DNA of 64,000 nt from the human T2T-CHM13v2.0 reference genome, Homo sapiens (GCF_009914755.1 NC_060928.1), one strand, 5' to 3'; shown: positions 25,684 through 41,559, counted from the stretch's first letter. Notes: generated from the sequence alone by a model not told the origin. A program made the numbers and translations.

Positions 25684-27907
25684 CTAGAAGTCCACAAGGC
25701 TGGGTGCAAATCCAGGCACTGCCACTCACCAGCTCCACAACCTGTGAAACTCCAAGCCCAAGTTCCCTGCCATCACCCACAAGAGTAACCGGCCTCCTGC
25801 AGTGTTGTTCTACGAATCCCAGTAGCCTGCCCCATGGCCAATGCTCAACAAATGCTCATTCATTTCTCTCCCCAGTTACCTTCAAATGTGATGAGTTCTT
25901 TATGTAACTTGAGAATTTAAATCCATCTGGGGAAAGAAACTAGATGATTCTCAGGGCCCTTCCAGTCCTGTACTTCTTAAAGTATTACTATGCAAAGTTT
26001 TTCTAAGTACTTCTGTAATCCTCGCATGATTACAGAAGCCAGAAGCAGCTTAAAAGGTACCCAGTTCTGTTCTCTTACTTTAGAAATAAATTTTGACCTA
26101 ATGGGCTCACCCAAGAAGAAACCAAGACTAGAATGTAGCCCAGTGGGCTCCAAAAGACATGATAATGCTGCTTTAACCTACCCCTAACCAGAATGTTCTA
26201 GAGCACACACGGCTGCACCCTCTGAGCTATGTGGGGTTGGTAGGGTGAGCCTCACCTCAAATCCCAAAAGGCAGGATGGAAAGCAGGTAGCGCGCCTGAT
26301 TAGAGAGCTCCTGCAAACCAGCATCATGAGAGGGACTTTTTAATAATCTGGGTAGAAATAAGCCTATAGTCTTAAACACATTTTTAAAAATATGCAGGAT
26401 TTATCTTGTGTTGGGAATGTGAATAGATTAGCAAAAGCTTCAGCTGAGCACAGTAATGTAAAACCAGCCAACTAAATAAAACCAGAAGGTCTGAAGGAAA
26501 GGGAATTACCTGGGCAGAGCTGGGAATTGGAAGATGTTTAACCACAGACATGCCCCACCCCTTGGCTTCCTGTGCTCTGCAACCCCCACCTTTGGGGGAC
26601 ATTTGAGGCAGTGCTCATCCAGTCATAGCGTAGGCCTTTTGCCTCATTTCATTCCTTCCTGAATTCATTATGGTGTTAAACAGGCCTGCCTGTGACCTCG
26701 AAAGCGGTGTGACCACAGCTTGGTCCTTGCCCACATCCAGCATCCTCAGCATCCCGTCTCCTGGAATATATCACAAAGATACTTCACTCTCAACTTAGTT
26801 TGTCTTTCAGAAATGAATACAAATAGCACCTTGTTTGATGTAATTAGACTGGGCCGGAGCTTGGGTCTGTCTCCCAGGTTTAACAACAGATGACCTGTTA
26901 TGTGTCACTTCTGTGGCCCTTCCCAGCAGGGACCCCCACCCACCAGGTCTAATTTCACAGGCTTCCTAATTACTTCTTTGTGGTGTGTTTGTTTCCTTGG
27001 GTGATTAGTTTTGCAGAATCCCTGCCTGAAGAATGATTGTGGATGTGCTAGCACTGATGTATTCACTTGCCAATGCTCCCACAGCAGTACCAGGCATTTG
27101 CATTCACAAGCAGAAGTTATTACAATTTTGTCTTTGGTGTCATGCATGCACATACATATAATTATGAATGAAGATAAATAGCCTTTTAAAAAATCTCTGA
27201 CAATATTTTTGTAGCACTTGCGTTCATGTGCTGTCTGAACAAATATTAATATAACGCATGACTCTTTTTGGAGTATTGACTTGTCAATATAGCACTGCAC
27301 AAATCCAGAATTTTAAATACTAACCAAACAAATGTTAAGAAGAAATATTCTACCACAGAGAATCATATATAAATACAAATCTCAGCTTTCCTTTTATCTA
27401 CCTGACTTAACATATATATACTAGGCATATCGTCTCTTAAATTGTAAAACCAGAAGTCAATTCTACTGGAGAAGTTCATAAACACACAGGCAACCTTCCT
27501 GCATGACATATAGCTTAATGGCATATGCATTTGCGTATTTATCTGCATTAGACAAAGATTAACTTTCAAGTCTCCATTAATGCCTAGAAGCAGAAAAATA
27601 TAGATGTGTCAACCCAAGACTTTTATACAAAGAGGCTCATAGTGCCTTGCTAGTCTCAAAATCTATTCGAAAGACCACCTTAGAGAGGAGGCCCCTTTAA
27701 TAAAACAGTCACTCAGCCCTTTGGATGGGCTCCCAGGGAAGGTCTCTCAAGCCTCACATTTCACAGCATAGCAAACTTGCTAAATTGGAATACATTTACA
27801 TCTGTATCTTCTCTTGGTAAGATGGAAAGCCTGGGAAATGGTCTTTGGACTAGCCTCCAGTAGGAAGAAAGCTAGCTTTTCTCCTTCACTTATTTTTAAG
27901 CCTATTA

Positions 27908-30254
<2,347 letters not shown>

Positions 30255-30519
30255 TTCAAAATTCAAATATTAATGTTATCAAAGGTTTCCGCCATCTATA
30301 ATTCAAAACTATTAATACTAAACTTTTAGTATATTTGTCTTCTTTTACTTAAAGAAATAAAAGGTGTCAGAGAAAAAAAAAGAAATATGATAACAGTCTG
30401 GAAAATAAATTATAAGAAGCAGAACTGATGAATCATTTCAACATACTTACCTGAAGAGTATGAATTTTGTCACATTTAAAAATAGATTGGATGGGCCAGG
30501 CACAGTGGCTCACATCCCC

Positions 30520-31180
<661 letters not shown>

Positions 31181-32219
31181 AAACATCTGGAATCCTTTTT
31201 CGGAAGGTCAGAAATGCTCACACTGCACTCACTCAAAGTCCGGCTCCAGTTTTAGAGAGAAGACGTACCCTAAGAACCTTGCTCCTCCTACCTACTTCCT
31301 GGCTTTAGAATTGAAAGCCATTCATCAAATGTTCTTGTTTTTAAAGAAAAATAGAAGGTAATATTTGATTTCTCATTAAAGAGACATTGATGAGAATAGA
31401 AAGAGCTCTTGCTTTAGAATAAACAGAACGATCTGACTCTAGCTCTAACCTTTATTGCCCATGATACTGAACATTTCTGTATTTTGGGATTTTTTTTACA
31501 TATTAATGAAAAATCAGCTTGTTAGGAAAATTTTCCTAACTAAATTATAATCTCCTTGAAAGCAGAATCCTCAGCCTAATGCATCTCAAGACCTCCTGAA
31601 ACACCTAGCATGGCCTCCTTCATGAGCCGAGCTGAGTTACAGCTGCGTCAGGAGTCCTTTCTCCTGCTGGGTGTAGCATGTATTTGTTCTCATCAGGGAA
31701 AAGAGACAGCATCTGTCTGGTGCTGATTCATATCAAACTGCAGGTTGTAATCATAGTTTTCGACATTTGAGCTTTAGTATTTCTGATTCTGTCAAGTGGC
31801 TTCTGGATCAAACAAACTCTTACCTAGATTAGGGCATCAGGCTTTCATTATTAGCATGTTGGTCTGAAAGCTCTCCCACATTAACACTCTCAGAGGATCA
31901 CTTTGACTGGTGTATTTGATCTTCGGCTTCTTAAAAAGGAGATAAAATGTTCCGTTCATTGTACTTCACACATTATCTCTGAAAATGTAAACCAAGTCTT
32001 ATTTTCTTATCCAATCACACCCAACTTTCTTCACTTGGCTTTGAGACATTATTTAATCTGTCCTTTCCTTATTTCTCTATCTCCATGTGGTCCAAAGCTT
32101 GCAAAGACCTGTATGAAGGGGTAACATGGTTTGGATTAAACATGCTTGTCCTCTCAAGGAAATAATAACTTTTAGAAGTTTTTGCAACACTGCCCACATT
32201 GCCCTAACATGTATTGTCA

Positions 32220-32730
32220 TTTTTTCCATCGGGAGGTGGGGTCTGTTCCGCCACCACGACCATCCTGCGAAACTTGACTCTGGAAAGGATTGTGACTGCT
32301 TAGACCCATGCATGTGGCAGATGTGGCCTGGGTGACTCCCAAGCTGGGTCATAAAAGAGGATCTGACTTTTGCTTGTACCCTGGAACATTCATGCTTGGT
32401 GTCATAAGCCGCCATACAGGAAAGACAATTGCTCCAAAGACACCAAGCTGTGAGGAAACCAAGCCACATGGAAAGGCCACATGTAGGCCCTCCTGGCAGC
32501 AGACCTAGTCTTTGCATCATTCCAGCCCAGACCTGGGAGTAAGTGAGACCATTCTATCCAACTATCAGGTCTTTCCAGCTAATGACCCAGATATCATGGA
32601 TTAGAGATAAGCCATCATCCCTGTGTCCCTTCTGAATGCTACACTTACGGAATCAATGAAGATAACAAAATGATTGTTCTACACCTTGAAGTTTTAGGGA
32701 CATTTATTGCAAAGCAAAGTAACTGGAACA
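32220..32730 (+). mobile_element. MLT1F/G MaLR LTR
   Basis: ccatcgggaggtggggtct...agccacatggaaaggccacatgtagg...taactggaaca. Confidence 0.75.
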
Positions 32731-32751
32731 GAAATCCATGCCTGTAGGCCC

Positions 32752-33093
32752 TGTATTGATTTGCTGGGGCTACTGTGGAAAAGTACTACAACTGGGCAGC
32801 TTACACAACACGAATATACTGTCTCACAGGTCTGAGGCCAGAAGTCCAAAATCGAGGTGTCGACAGGGTTGGTGCCTTCCAAGTGCTGTAAAGAAAAGAC
32901 CTGTTTCAGGCCTCTCTCCTCAGCTCACTGGTGTCTGTCTTCTCCCTGTGTGTTTACATCACCTTTGCTCTGTATCCGCCTGCATCTACATTTTTTCCTT
33001 ATTTCTCTGTCTCCAAATGCAGTCACATTCTGAGCTACTGGAGGTTAAGATTTCAAGATGTGAATTATTGGAGAGCACAATTCAACTTGAACA
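32752..33093 (-). mobile_element. MLT1A/B/C MaLR LTR
   Basis: tgtattgatttgctggggct...tctgaggccagaagtccaaaatcgaggtgtc...gtcacattctgagctactggaggttaaga. Confidence 0.8.
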
Positions 33094-34224
33094 GGTCCCA
33101 AAGCAACTTTCATATGGTGTGGTGTCTCTGGTACCATGAAAGAAATTGTTTAAAATGATTGCATGATTTTGGGGCCAAGTTCTATCTTTCAAGTGTACAC
33201 AGATACGTATATGTATTTCCAACATATGTCTATATACATGTACATGTGTGTGTATACCTTGAAGATTTTGTGACTATTCTTCTCCTAGGAGCAGTGATGC
33301 AAAAGAATCACCCTGGATCTAGGGCGGATGAGTTCACTGTGGGCTACTCTCCACAGATTTGGGAACAGGGACAGTCAGAGCTAAGGAACCTAGATTCAAG
33401 GGTGCCTAACACCGAGCTAGCCCCTATTCTGCAGCCATTTTGGAGGGGGTTTGGCCCCTGTTCCCTTGCAATGGAGAGTCAAATTCTGTAATACTCAGAC
33501 CACCTCATGAGAGGCTGTGAAAGTAAGATTTAGGAAAGTGTCAGACTCAGCTGAGCAGAATCAGACCCAGAAGACTTAATGATAAAGCAAAATTTTCTCC
33601 TCAGGAAGAAAAACGAGGAAGAATGAAGAGATCCCTGCAGAAATTCCATCAGTCAGCACCCCTCCTTGAAGCAGCAGCTGGGAACAGCACTCTGCAGGCT
33701 GGTGGTCATGACAGAGAAGCCCTCTCAGATGTAGCCAAGTAGACATCTGTTATCAACGCATTTGCAGGATTTTAGGGGCTATAAATTTCAAGAGGCACCT
33801 TCCATAGGATGATGAGAGCAAAATGGGCCCCTGGGGCCAAGAAACTGTGTGGACTGGGGAGTGGGCTGACTGTAACAGGAACAGCAAGACTTGTGAGAAA
33901 GGAACTTGTACTAGAACCCTGAGTGGATGACGCAAGAACGAGACTCCTGACCACACCTTCTGCCAGAGCTGGTCTGGTTTCCCCGCACAGTTGTGGCAAC
34001 CTGACCTCCCCACAGGCTCATCCCCAGTCTGGTCTTTCCTAGACTTAATGCTGACCTTAGATAGAAAGTATTGAAGGCGGCTTTGGCCAATATCCTTCGG
34101 TTGGGCAGCACTGCCTCCTATTGTCCAGCACAGATATGGCACCGTAGGTTTCACATCTGGGCTTATGCTTCATTCCCAAGATTTATTATTGAGCTTTCAC
34201 ATCACTTGTGTTACCCAGAGTCCA

Positions 34225-34423
34225 AGTCTCTCATTTGGAAACATGTCTCTCTCCTCTAGGCTGAGGTCCTGTCTCTCAGAACTTGGGTACCAGCCCCTGA
34301 CTTCCCTGGGTGCCAACACCCTGAGTCTCTCATTCGGAAACATGTCTCTCTCCTTTAGCCTGAGGTCCTGTCTCTCAGAGCTTGGGTACCAACCCCTGAC
34401 CACCCTGGGTGCCAAAACCCTGA
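34225..34423. repeat. 99-bp tandem duplication (2 copies)
   Basis: agtctctcatt.ggaaacatgtctctctcc...gggtgccaa.accctg at 34225 and 34324. Confidence 0.9.
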
Positions 34424-34611
34424 GAAGCGCTGCAAGCCCCCGGCCTGGACGTATTTCTCAACAGAGCCCTTGCTGGGCTTCAATCCTCCTCCACGTCACC
34501 TCCATTACTCTGGCAAAACACCTTCCACTCAGCCACCTCCCACCTAACTCACTGTTCTTGCTCCTTGTCTTCCAGACACTGAGTTCCTCCTGTCAGCCCA
34601 GACTCTCGATA

Positions 34612-35006
34612 TGAACATGTAACCAGTATCTGCCCCGTCCTTGTAAGGGGATTTGTCTCTGTTTTAACAGACTCTGGATGTGAACATAGAACCAGTATCT
34701 GCCCAGTCCTTGTAAGGGGATTTGTCTCTGTTTTAACACTCTGGATGTGAACATAGAACCAGTATCTGCCCAGTCCTTGTAAGGGGATTTGTCTCTGTTT
34801 TAACAGACTCTGGATGTGAACATAGAACCAGTATCTGCCCCGTCCTTGTAAGGGGATTTGTCTCTGTTTTAACAGACTCTGGATGTGAACATATAACCAG
34901 TATCTGCCCCGTCCTTGTAACCGGATTTGTCTCTGTTTTAACAGACTCTGGATGTGAACATATAACGAGTATCTGCCCTGTCCTTGTAAGGGGATTTGTC
35001 TGTTTT
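34612..35006. repeat. 69-bp minisatellite, about 5.7 copies
   Basis: gaacatagaaccagtatctgcccMgtccttgtaaggggatttgtctctgttttaacagactctggatgt; period 69 (one unit 67). Confidence 0.95.
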
Positions 35007-35010
35007 AAAA

Positions 35011-35519
35011 TGTAGGCTTTATGATTATTCAGATGTGGTGAGGCCAGCAGGTCAGAAGACAATACGACTGAAAAGATGGTTTGTTACTCACAGGTCGCAG
35101 GACAAGTGGGCTCTGCACACCAGAGGCCCACATGGAAAAGCACTGGGGTCACTCAGGAGGCAGAGGGAGTGAGAGAAAGACACAGGCAAGAGTCTTCATT
35201 ACAGTTCCCACAGGAAGGTACATGAGGCAGGATAAGCAGGTTTAGGATTGGCTAGTTTGAATAACCTTGATGGCCCCTGGGGCTGTTCCTAGTTGTCCAG
35301 GACCTGGCCTTGAGCAATCAGGGCAGCAGAACAGTGGCCCTGAGTCTGAGAGCTCCTAAAGAAGTGGGTTGGGGGTATGGCTCTGGGTTGGTTGGTTTGC
35401 ATTTGAAAGACACACTTGAAGGTGAACCCTTTACTATCTCTAGGAATTGGCTAACTCTGGGAGCGGCAGGCAAGATCGCAGATATCAAAGCATCGGAAAG
35501 AAAGACCTGGTTAATAAAG
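35011..35519 (-). mobile_element. MER74 ERVL LTR
   Basis: gaaaagatggtttgttactcacag; agcaggtttaggattggctagtttgaataa; ctttactatctctaggaattggcta. Confidence 0.8.
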
Positions 35520-37180
35520 CCTCCAAAAGTCTGAGCCACATCCTGCCATGGTGAACTAGGTATACCCTGACCCATCCCAAGAAATTGTTCCTTCTGTCTT
35601 ATCTGGAGTAAAGGCACTAGTGCACCTCTGCAAGGAAGGGCACCAGCAAGTCTATGTATGGCCCTGATGAGGCAGGTCTGATATTGGCCTAAAAGCCCAG
35701 GTGAGGGTTTAGGCACCAAACCATCAAAAGTGTGCATTTGTTGCCTGTGTTTTGCCGCTGGAGTTATACTAATTCCTGTCGCTTTCAGTCGCTGCTCTAG
35801 CTAGGCTGGTCTCCATGTGCCACAAAACTATCATAATCACTGCTAAATCCAGGCACTTCACTTCTACTTTTTCCTCTTCTAGAGTTCTTTCCTGTCTTCT
35901 CTCTGCCTATGCAAAAGCTACCATTTTTTATAATTGGGGTTTCAGAAGAAAAAACAAAAATTAAATTCTAATGGCTCATATCCCTTCTATAAGCTGAGAA
36001 CTATATGAAGGTCTTCATATATTATTTCCTTTAGTTCCGTTGGCAAGCCTGAAGGTCGAACATCATCGGCACTTTATCCACTAGGACACAGAGGTGTGAA
36101 GCCATTTAACTGACATGCTACACCAGGCAAGAGGCAAAGCTGGGAGCTGGCATCTGCCCAGTCTGACAGCAAAGCCCCCGCCCTTTGCATTCAGCAATGC
36201 AGACTCCAAGCCTCACCTCCTCCTGGCAGTTGACCTCAGTCGTCACTCCCTTCCTGGAAATCATTCAACTGTTCTTGGCAGGTCACACATTTTAGATTTT
36301 AACTATGGGTTTACTAGAAACTATTTGCCATTTAGACCACAAGCTCTTGGGAAGTAGGCATAATGTCCAACATGACTTCTGTTTCCCACAAAGTATCTTA
36401 GCGGTTCTTCCTAGATGCCTAAATGATTGACTTTTACATCTGGGACAGTTCAGTTACAATAGTCGCACTATTTTCCTTCCATTAAATGGGCAAATTGAAG
36501 ACCATAAATTAAGAGATAAAAACAAACTAACCGTTCCGACTTCCGATCTGTGATGTTGAGATCTAGAAAATGCATTGCTCCGGGATCAACTAGAGCTGAG
36601 GAGGAGAAACACTCATGAAGGTCACGCCTCTGTGAACCAAGGACGCAGGTGGAGACCGAGGCTGGGTCAGAACAGCAGAGGATGTGTCCAGCACGGTTCC
36701 CTGCACTAACAAGCTTCCAGCGCGAGCAGCAAGGTGCCACGGAGCACTGCGGGGAGCAAGGTGCAACACTGCTGGGAGCAAGGTGCCGCGGGCACTGAGG
36801 AGCGAGCTATAAGAGACCGGCGCTCTCCACCGCACAGCACAGAGGGAAGGCCCAAAGCTGAGAGTGGAGCAGACTTTGAGAAACACTTTGGGGAACTGTC
36901 CCCACATCAAATACACAGGATTGCTAGAGGAATCTGAAGACTGTGGATCATGGAGGATAATTATAGGAACTACAAATCTCAAACCCTTCCCAACTCCTCA
37001 CTAGATGAACACAAATGCCCACACTAAAGGCCTCGCAGATCACCCACTTCCACACACAAAAACTATCTAGCTTGGTCTCTACTGTCCTGAACAAGATGTC
37101 TGACTTTCCAACAAAAAATTACAAGGCATGTGAAAAGACAGAAAAAAAACAATGCGCTGCCAAGAGACAAAGAAATCTGC

Positions 37181-38599
37181 AGCCAGGTGCCATGGCTCAT
37201 GCCTGTAATCCCAGCACTTTGGGAGGCTGAGGCGGGTGGATCACCTGAGGTCAGGAGTTTGGGAACACCCTGGCCAACATGGTGAAACCCCGTCTCTACT
37301 AAAAATACAACAAAATTAGCTAGGTGTGGTGGTGCATGCCTGTAATCCCAGCAACTTGGGAGGCTGAGGCAGGAGAATCGCTTGAACCCAGGAGGCGGAA
37401 GTTGCACTGTGCCCGGAATTGGTGGGTTCTTGGTCTCGCTGACTTCAAGAATGAAGCTGCGGACCCGTGGACCCTGGCGGTGGACCCTCGCGGTGAGTGT
37501 TACAGTTCCTGAAGATGGTGTGTCCGGAGTTTGTTCCTTCAGATGTTCAGATGGGTCCAGAGTTTCTTCCTGCTGGTGGGTTCATGGTCTGGCTGACTTC
37601 AGGAGTGAAGCTGCAGACCTTTGCGGTGACTGTTACACCTCAAAAAGGCAGCATGGACCCAAAGAGTGAGCAACACCAAGATTTACTGCGAACAGCGGAA
37701 GAACAAAACTTCCACAGCCGGGAAAGGGACCAGAGTGGGTTGCCACTGGTGGCCCCACCCACATCCTACTGATTGGTCCATTTTACAGAGAGCTGATTGG
37801 TCCATTTTATAGAGAGCTGATTGGTCCATTTTACAGAGAGCTGATTGGCCCATTTTGACAAAGCGCTGATTGGTGCTTTTACAAAACTTTAGCTAGACAT
37901 AAAAGTTCTCCAAGTCCCCACCAGATGAGCTAGACACAGAGTGCTGATCAGTGTGTTTACAAACCTCTAGCTAGACAGAGTGCTGACTGGTGTGTTTATA
38001 AACCTCTAGCTAGACACAGAGTGTTGATTGGTGCATTTACAAAGCTCTAGCTGGACACAGAGTGCTGATTGGTGTGTTTACAATCCTTTAGCTAAACAGA
38101 AAATTTCTCCGAGTTCCCACCCTACCCGGAAGCCCAGCTGGCTTCACCTCTCAATGGCACTGGCCATGGGACTTTTCGGCACCCAGCCCGGGCACTCTGG
38201 CAGCCCAGAGGGAGCTCGTCCCCGTATCAAGCCCGGTCAAGCCCAGCAGGTGCCGGCCGGCCTCGCGGAGTGCGGGGCCTGCAGGGCCGCACCCACCTGG
38301 AACCCGCGCCCCGCGCGGGCCCGCCAGCAATGCGTGCAGCCCAGGCTCCCGCCTGCGCCTCTCCCTCCACACCTCCCCGCCAACACAGGGAGCCGGCTCC
38401 GGCCTCAGCCAGCCCCAGAGAGGGGTCCCCACAGCGCAGCGGCCGGCTGAAGGGCTCCTGGAGCGCGACCAGAGAGGACACTGAGGCCGAGGAGGCGCCC
38501 AGAGCGAGCAAGGGCTGCTAGCACGTTGTCACCTCTCAGCACCATTGCACTCCAGCCTGGGAGACAGGGCGAAACTCCATCTCGAAAAAAAAAATAAAA
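37181..38599 (+). mobile_element. AluS split by LTR12 (Alu parts 37181-37407 and 38539-38599)
   Basis: Alu runs to gaggcggaagttgcac and resumes ccattgcactccagcctgg...aaaa; TSD-like aaagaaatctgca / aagggaatctgca. Confidence 0.93.
37408..38538 (-). mobile_element. LTR12 (ERV9) solo LTR, LTR12D/E-like
   Basis: Ends tgtgcccggaattggtgggttcttggtctc and gcacgttgtcacctctca; tandem gctgattgg repeats; GC-rich U3; 4-bp TSD gcac at 37404-37407 and 38539-38542. Confidence 0.95.
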
Positions 38600-39120
38600 G
38601 GGAATCTGCATAACTAGACTCAGGTGCGACACAGATGTTGGAGCTATCTGATAAAGAGCTTAAAATAATTATGATTAATAAGTTAAAGCCTTCAATAAAG
38701 AGGTGGATGATGTTTAAGATCAGACAGATTATTTCAGCATAGAGATGGAAACTGTAACAAATAATGTAGTTCAAATCCCAGAAATAACAGACAGTAATAG
38801 AGATGAAAGCATCTTCTACAGCCCCATTGGAAGACTTAACCGAGAAAATAATCAGTAAACTTAAAGACAGGTCCATAGAAAGTACCTAGGCTAAGACACA
38901 AATAAAAAAGACTGTACAGCAGCAGACACGGAATAATGCACCCAAGCACCGTGAGAGACTATCAAATGATCTAACACACGTATACGTGGAATCTCTAAAG
39001 AGAGAGAGGAGGAGAATAGGACAAAAGAAATAATAGCCAAGAGTGTCACAAACAGACAACAATGACAGACAACAAATCTCTGAGCCAAATAGCTCACAAT
39101 ACCATACAGGAGTAAGTACC

Positions 39121-39256
39121 AACACACACACACACACACACACACATACACACATACACACACAGAGACACATGCATACTCACAAGACACACAGAGACAA
39201 ACACACACACACACATACATACATACACACACACACACAAGCGCATGCGCATGCAT
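39121..39256. repeat. (CA)n microsatellite ending in gcgcatgcgcatgcat
   Basis: Directly visible. Confidence 0.9.
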
Positions 39257-39338
39257 GAACGCCTATATATTTTGTATTCAAACTGAAAACAAAACACAAA
39301 CAGGTAATCCTGAAGTCAGCCAATGAAACACACATTTC

Positions 39339-39520
39339 TGTTGGGAGCCAGCTTTCCACAGCTCTCTCCTGTTCCCGAACATCTTACAAAGTGTGTCACT
39401 GATTGCTCGTTGTCATTTGTTTGTTGTCTCCTGTCTTCTACCAGCTTCTATGAAACTACAGCAGGCTAAATTTTTAGCTTAAAAGTAGAATAAAAGTTCA
39501 GACGCTTTATAGCTCTTACA
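39339..39520. mobile_element. Short TG...CA bounded LTR-like insert in L1M (family uncertain)
   Basis: Starts tgttggg, ends cttaca, aataaa near end; L1 similarity resumes after it. Confidence 0.4.
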
Positions 39521-40394
39521 AATTGTATAACAAGGAGCACAGAAAAATTACAGTAGATCTCACATCAGAAATCACGCAATACAGAATGCAATGGGGTGAC
39601 ATCTTGAAAGTGCTGAAAGAAAAAAAAATATCAACTCAGTGTTTTATTCCCTGTGAGAAAATGAAGGAGAAATAAAGACTTTCTCAGACAAATAAAAACG
39701 GAGAGAAATCATTGCCAACAGACCTACATGTAAGAAATGTTAAAGGGAGTTCTCTGGGAGGAAGACATATGACACCAGACAGCAACTTGGATTTATACAA
39801 AGCAATGAACAGTGTTAGAAACAGAATAAATGAATATTGGATCTCTAGGTCATCAATACCTGTCCCAACCATCCCTAAATTTGGTCACTTGATAGCCAGC
39901 CCCCCAAGTGGTATTGAGAAGAGAGGAACAGTCCTACCACCAGGATGAGGAACCAAGACAGTGCATTAATAGTATTGAGGCCAACTGCATCATACAGTTT
40001 TAAATGCCTTGACAATAAATAGCACAAAGAATATTCAGAGTTGAAGTAATTCAAATGCAGACATGTTTCTGAGGGCATCAATTCTTGGGGCTACTGCTAC
40101 TGCAAAAGTTATCCAGACTCTACCTAGAGAGGTGAGCAACATTCCTTTGGCTGAAATGAATGGAATAAGAGAAAATTGGAAAAATGGAAAAGAAAATTCT
40201 ATGAAAGGGACAATTTATTTAGGGAAACTTCAACACTCTATAGAAATGAGAAATCACAATGGGAGGTGTTTTGCTTTGTTAGTTTGTATAGGTGGCAGCA
40301 GACTTAGGGTTTTTTTCTGTTCACTTGGAGCACAGACCATTTGGACTATGCCGGTTTCTGGGAAGCATGATTGGACAACATGCCATTACCAGTG

Positions 40395-40730
40395 TTCAGC
40401 AATATCCAGCTCTCTTCTTCTTTCTGGGCAGATGGGAGACTATGCTTCCCAGACGCTTGCAGTTAGGCAGAGCCATATAACAACTTCTGGCCCAGGAAAC
40501 GGGAGCAGAAGCAATATGTGTCACTTTCAGGCCAAAGCCGCGAAAAGTCTCTCCACAGCATCTGAGCTTCTCATTCTCTTTGTCAAAGAACCAGGTCTGG
40601 TGTGGAGTTGGTAGAGCAACAGGCTAAAGCTGTATGAATTGCTGGATCATTGCATGGAGGACAGCTGCCCTGGAGAGCTGCCTGGACCCACAGAGGATTC
40701 CTATACATTTTTTTCACATTAAGCCACTGA
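40395..40730 (+). mobile_element. MLT1I/J-type MaLR LTR
   Basis: ttcccagacgcttgcagttaggcagagccat...gagcagaagcaatatgtgtcacttt...ttaagccactga. Confidence 0.7.
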
Positions 40731-41559
40731 AGAAAAAAAATACCACAGGAAATTAACAATTTTCAAAACTGTTCTTTTACCTAAAGCTCTTTTCATATCT
40801 TCAGAATATTTTCTTAGACACAACAGAAAAGAAAATTAGGAGGCAAGAATAAAAAAAACTTCAAGACGGAAAATATTTTTAAAATTTTCATTCAGATTTT
40901 TTTTTTTACTTTTAATATATCGGCAAGCATAAGGCTATCTTTGGTTTCCATGCAACTGGCATTGATCATGTTCGTGAATATAGCTAGGATACCAGGGCCA
41001 AACCGTGTGTGCTCACTTGTTTTCCTGTCTCAGAACAACATGATACTGAAAAGCGGAGTCCCTCGTGTGATGAAAACGTCTCCAGTTCGCAATCAGTTGA
41101 AAATGCAGTGGGCCCACAGCCAGAAAGCATTCCTGTGCCGGATCTTTTTTTCAGCACCCTAAATTAACCAGCTGGAATTCCCTTTTAAGTGCCAACCTAC
41201 TCAGTTTTTCAGAATGCAGAACTTTTCTTTTAATGGGATCTGTCTCTCATCATAAAGGTGGAACCGTGCATTCTTGATGTCTCTCAAAAGCAGTCTTTTT
41301 TATACAGTAAGCTCAGAGGAGGGTAAACACAGACGCCAGAGCACTGGTTTGAGACGGGGATGTAGCCGCTGTGCAGAGACTCGGGTAGGGCACCGGCTAT
41401 CGCGGAGTGAAACCCTCAGCACAGTATCCAGGACTGCCTTGTGCAGAACAGGTCAAGATAAAAGAGGCTATTGTAAATAAATATTTAAATTAATTAAATC
41501 TATTGATAAGGAAGAGCTCCATGATGTAGGAGCAGAAGAACTGATGCAATATTTCAAAA

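Larger units (their letters stand above)
36540..39840 (+). mobile_element. Ancient L1M 5' UTR/ORF1 region, host of nested Alu, LTR12 and a short LTR
   Basis: caaaaaattacaaggcatgtgaaaagacag...caagagacaaag | agactcaggtgcgacacagatgttggagctatctga...agagatggaaact; ggagaaataaagactttctcagacaaa. Confidence 0.75.

Noticed and set aside
38150-38520. GC/CpG-rich patch as a host-gene CpG island promoter
   Set aside because: It is the U3 region of LTR12
40063-40614. 183-aa ORF
   Set aside because: No recognisable domain, and the 3' part lies in an MLT1 LTR; consistent with a chance ORF
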